DNA of 32,000 nt from Candidatus Saccharimonadota bacterium (GTDB lineage Bacteria; Patescibacteriota; Saccharimonadia; Saccharimonadales; Saccharimonadaceae). The position numbers were made by a program, and so were the translations under genes. The DNA is taken from NCBI GenBank assembly GCA_001029695.1, contig CP011211.1:840001-872000 (forward strand). The letters are read 5' to 3'. Shown here one piece after another: positions 29,472 through 32,000 of the stretch. Below the pieces are notes generated by a model. It was not told the origin of the DNA. It searched no databases and saw only the letters and a list, made by a program, of their open reading frames with translations. Positions within the stretch are counted from its first letter, which is position 1, and every line of letters begins with the position of its first letter.

Positions 29472-31151
29472 ATGGATCTATTTGAGCAGCTTCTTACCGC
29501 GCGCGGCCTATCTGGTCGGGCGCGAGATGCATTTTTAAACCCGAGCTACGATGCAAAACATGATCCGTTTCTGCTCCCTGACATGAAGCAGGCGACCGAT
29601 AGACTAGTGCGTGCGAGAAATAATCAAGAGCCTATTACTATTTATGGGGACTATGATATTGATGGATTGACTGCGACAACAGTACTACTCGAAGCGTTTG
29701 AGAAGTTTGGATTTGAGCGAGTTGATGCGTTTATCCCAAATCGATTCGTCGAAGGATACGGACTGACGGTCGATGCTGTAGAGCGAATTGCAGCGGCAGG
29801 AGCGACGCTTATTGTGACCGTCGACTGTGGAAGTCTTAGTCAAAAAGAAATCGTGCGAGCAAACGAACTGGGTGTTGATGTGATCGTGACAGATCACCAT
29901 AATGTTGCTCCCGTACAGCCACCTGCTGTCGCAGTCATCAATCCAAAGCGACTCTTGGCTGACTATCCAGGCGAATACGAAAACCTTCTCTTGAAAGATG
30001 ATTCTAAATCACTCTATCCTTTCCTTGACCTTGCTGGCGTGGGGGTTGCATTTAAGCTGGTGCAGGCGCTTCAAACGAGACTAGAAGGACTTCCCGTAGG
30101 GCAGGAGAAGTGGCTGCTTGATCTTGTCGCACTCGGGACAGTTTGTGACATTGTGACGCTTGTCGACGAAAATCGCGCCAATGTGTATTGGGGTTTAAAA
30201 GTTATGGCTCGGGCGAAACGACCGGGACTCAAGGCGTTAATGGCGGTCGCAGGAGTTGAACCTGAAAAGGTCAATGCGAGAAGCCTTGGCTTTGGATTGG
30301 GGCCACGCATGAATGCTGCAGGAAGGCTCGAAACAGCGCAACATTCGCTTGATATGTTGCGAGCGCAAGACGGATTAGTTGCACTGGAGAAGGCGCAGCA
30401 ACTCGACATCCTTAATGTCGCCAGGCGCACTGAGCAGGATAAGATTTTTAAGGAAGCGATTGTGCAGGCGGAGAAGTTCAAGAGTGATGCTGTGCTTGTA
30501 GTGAGTGGCGCAGGTTGGAACCATGGCATTATCGGTATTGTGGCGGCGAAATTACTTGAGCGTTATAAAAAACCAACATACGTGTTGGAGGAGATGGGTA
30601 GTGAGGCAAAGGGGTCTGCAAGGAGTTACGGAGACTTCAGTGCGGCTGACGCGATTCGTGCGAGTGACGACATAATCATAAAAGGTGGGGGTCATAAATT
30701 TGCAGCTGGCGTGACGATGCCGATAGAAAATATCAGCGCCTTTCGTGCAAGAGTAAATGAATTTTATGTTTCGCAGAAGTTATTTAATCAAGCCAATCTT
30801 TTATTGCCAAAAGCAGATATTAATATAGCGCGGCTTGGATCTGTCGACGAAACACTACTTCAGCAACTTGATCAGCTTGAGCCGTTTGGAAGTGGAAACC
30901 CTGAGCCGGTGTTTCGCGCTGAAAACCTTCTTGTCATCAATACGCGTCGCATGGGCGCAGAGTCGCAGCATGTAAAGTTGGAGATTCAAGATGGGGCTGG
31001 GCAGTCTATGCAGTTTTTAGCATTTAGTGCACCGCAACATTTTTTTGTTGAACCTGGCGAGTATGTGACAGTTTGGTTCCAGCCGACGGTCAACGAATGG
31101 ATGGGGCGACGTTCTATCGAGGGGCGGCTCCTTCATCTTGAATCTGCTTAA
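29472..31151 (+). CDS. recJ: Single-stranded-DNA-specific exonuclease RecJ
   Basis: 559 aa. Contains the DHH motifs YGDYDIDGLTA, TVDCG, VTDHH, LAGVGVAFK and DIV.L, and the DHHA1 motif GGGHKFAAG. Confidence 0.93.
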   Translation: MDLFEQLLTARGLSGRARDAFLNPSYDAKHDPFLLPDMKQATDRLVRARNNQEPITIYGDYDIDGLTATTVLLEAFEKFGFERVDAFIPNRFVEGYGLTVDAVERIAAAGATLIVTVDCGSLSQKEIVRANELGVDVIVTDHHNVAPVQPPAVAVINPKRLLADYPGEYENLLLKDDSKSLYPFLDLAGVGVAFKLVQALQTRLEGLPVGQEKWLLDLVALGTVCDIVTLVDENRANVYWGLKVMARAKRPGLKALMAVAGVEPEKVNARSLGFGLGPRMNAAGRLETAQHSLDMLRAQDGLVALEKAQQLDILNVARRTEQDKIFKEAIVQAEKFKSDAVLVVSGAGWNHGIIGIVAAKLLERYKKPTYVLEEMGSEAKGSARSYGDFSAADAIRASDDIIIKGGGHKFAAGVTMPIENISAFRARVNEFYVSQKLFNQANLLLPKADINIARLGSVDETLLQQLDQLEPFGSGNPEPVFRAENLLVINTRRMGAESQHVKLEIQDGAGQSMQFLAFSAPQHFFVEPGEYVTVWFQPTVNEWMGRRSIEGRLLHLESA

Positions 31152-31208
31152 ATAGTCTCAGGCTGAAATGATCTTGCGGGACGAGCTTGAACTTTTTTGT
31201 TCAGATGG

Positions 31209-31237
31209 TTGCGTATCTATAGTTTCTCTGTTACAAT
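31209..31237 (+). promoter_or_regulatory. Candidate promoter of rpsU
   Basis: TTGCGT (31209-31214), 17 nt spacer, TACAAT (31232-31237). Only 9 nt separate the -10 box from the ATG at 31247. Confidence 0.45.
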
Positions 31238-31246
31238 AATTGCTAT

Positions 31247-31462
31247 ATGGTACAAGTAACACGTAAAGATGGTAACGAAGCAAACGAGAATATTATTCGT
31301 CGTTTCAACCGCAAAGTTTTGCAGAGCGGCGTACTTGCAGAGGCGAAAGCTTCAATGCGATTCGCTAAGCCTCTTAGCAAACCTGAGCGTCGTCAGAAAG
31401 CGATTATCCGCAAGGAACGCAAGGCTGACAAACTAGCTAAAGCTCGATTGGGACTTCGCTAG
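31247..31462 (+). CDS. rpsU: 30S ribosomal protein S21
   Basis: 71 aa and basic. Contains ENIIRRFNRKV...G.L.E......F.KP..K.RR, typical of S21. Confidence 0.9.
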   Translation: MVQVTRKDGNEANENIIRRFNRKVLQSGVLAEAKASMRFAKPLSKPERRQKAIIRKERKADKLAKARLGLR

Positions 31463-31465
31463 TCA

Positions 31466-31933
31466 ATGGCTCACGGCAAATCATTGGCCGAGCAAATTCA
31501 AAACGATATGAAAGTCGCCTTACTAGGCGGCGATCGTTTTGTAGGGGAGACATTGCGTAATCTAAAAGCGGCGATTCTTAATGAAGAGGTTGCGACAAAT
31601 AAGCGAGACGAAGGTCTTGCTGATGATGAGATTGAAAAGATTGTTGCGCGAGAAGTAAAGAAGCGAAACGAAAGTATTGCTCTCTACGAACAAAACGACC
31701 GACCTGAATTGGCTGAGGTAGAGCGTAAAGAAGCCGCAGTACTTGCGACGTACTTGCCGACGCAGCTGACAGAAGAGCAGATTCGAGAGATCGCTAAGAC
31801 AGTCATTGAAGGTATGAGCGATGTTGGCCCGAGTATGATGGGGCAAGTTATCGGTGGCGTCAAAGCCAAGGCTGGCACGAGTGCCGATGGTGCCACGATT
31901 GCTCGTGTCGTCAAAGAGTTGCTTAACTCATAA
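31466..31933 (+). CDS. GatB/YqeY domain-containing protein
   Basis: 155 aa. Contains LRNLKAAILNEEV, EVKKRNESIALYEQNDRPELAEVERKEAAVLATYLP and MGQVIGGVKAKAG, typical of YqeY. The rpsU-yqeY pairing is common. Confidence 0.85.
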   Translation: MAHGKSLAEQIQNDMKVALLGGDRFVGETLRNLKAAILNEEVATNKRDEGLADDEIEKIVAREVKKRNESIALYEQNDRPELAEVERKEAAVLATYLPTQLTEEQIREIAKTVIEGMSDVGPSMMGQVIGGVKAKAGTSADGATIARVVKELLNS

Positions 31934-32000
31934 TCTAACCTGTAAATTAACATACAAACCAAAACAACTCTAAAAATGATAGAGAGCAAAGGAAAAAGAA

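Overview
This window comes from a small-genome, Gram-positive-type bacterium, almost certainly Candidatus Saccharibacteria (TM7, CPR). The 16S gene contains sequences matching the TM7-specific probe and primer sites as I remember them: GACTAAAACATAAAGGAATTGACGG at 7222-7246, CTGGGCGTAAAGAGTTGC at 6881-6898, and U at the E. coli 912 equivalent. All conserved genes translate intact with the standard code.

Gene order:
- A partial minus-strand surface protein (1-892).
- gyrB, gyrA and a DUF212/PAP2-like membrane protein.
- 16S rRNA with its own leader, processing helix and terminator.
- A roughly 2 kb gap holding a minus-strand small membrane protein, a tRNA-Ala/Val/Ile cluster and a NADAR (YbiA-like) gene.
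- 23S, carrying a 226-nt AT-rich insertion, then 5S.
- A three-gene exported module: a DUF3152-like HExxH protein, a membrane-anchored helical protein, and an Ig-like + M14 carboxypeptidase.
- Two small stand-alone transcription units: a 77-aa acidic ORF and a KGG-repeat stress protein.
- A minus-strand ROK kinase plus an HExxH/Zn-ribbon protein.
- An LPXTG protein, rpsA and infB.
- An acidic single-TM protein plus a small acidic protein.
- Minus-strand priA-def-fmt.
- A PRTase-like protein, a wHTH regulator, recJ, rpsU and a GatB/YqeY protein.

I found no CRISPR array, IS element, integrase or recognisable defence system. The most unusual content is RNA-level: the split rRNA locus with embedded protein genes, the 23S insertion that interrupts an otherwise perfect hairpin, inverted repeats bracketing tRNA-Ile, and apparently leaderless gene starts. 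There are also several uncharacterised envelope proteins. All promoter, terminator and RNA end coordinates are by-eye predictions.
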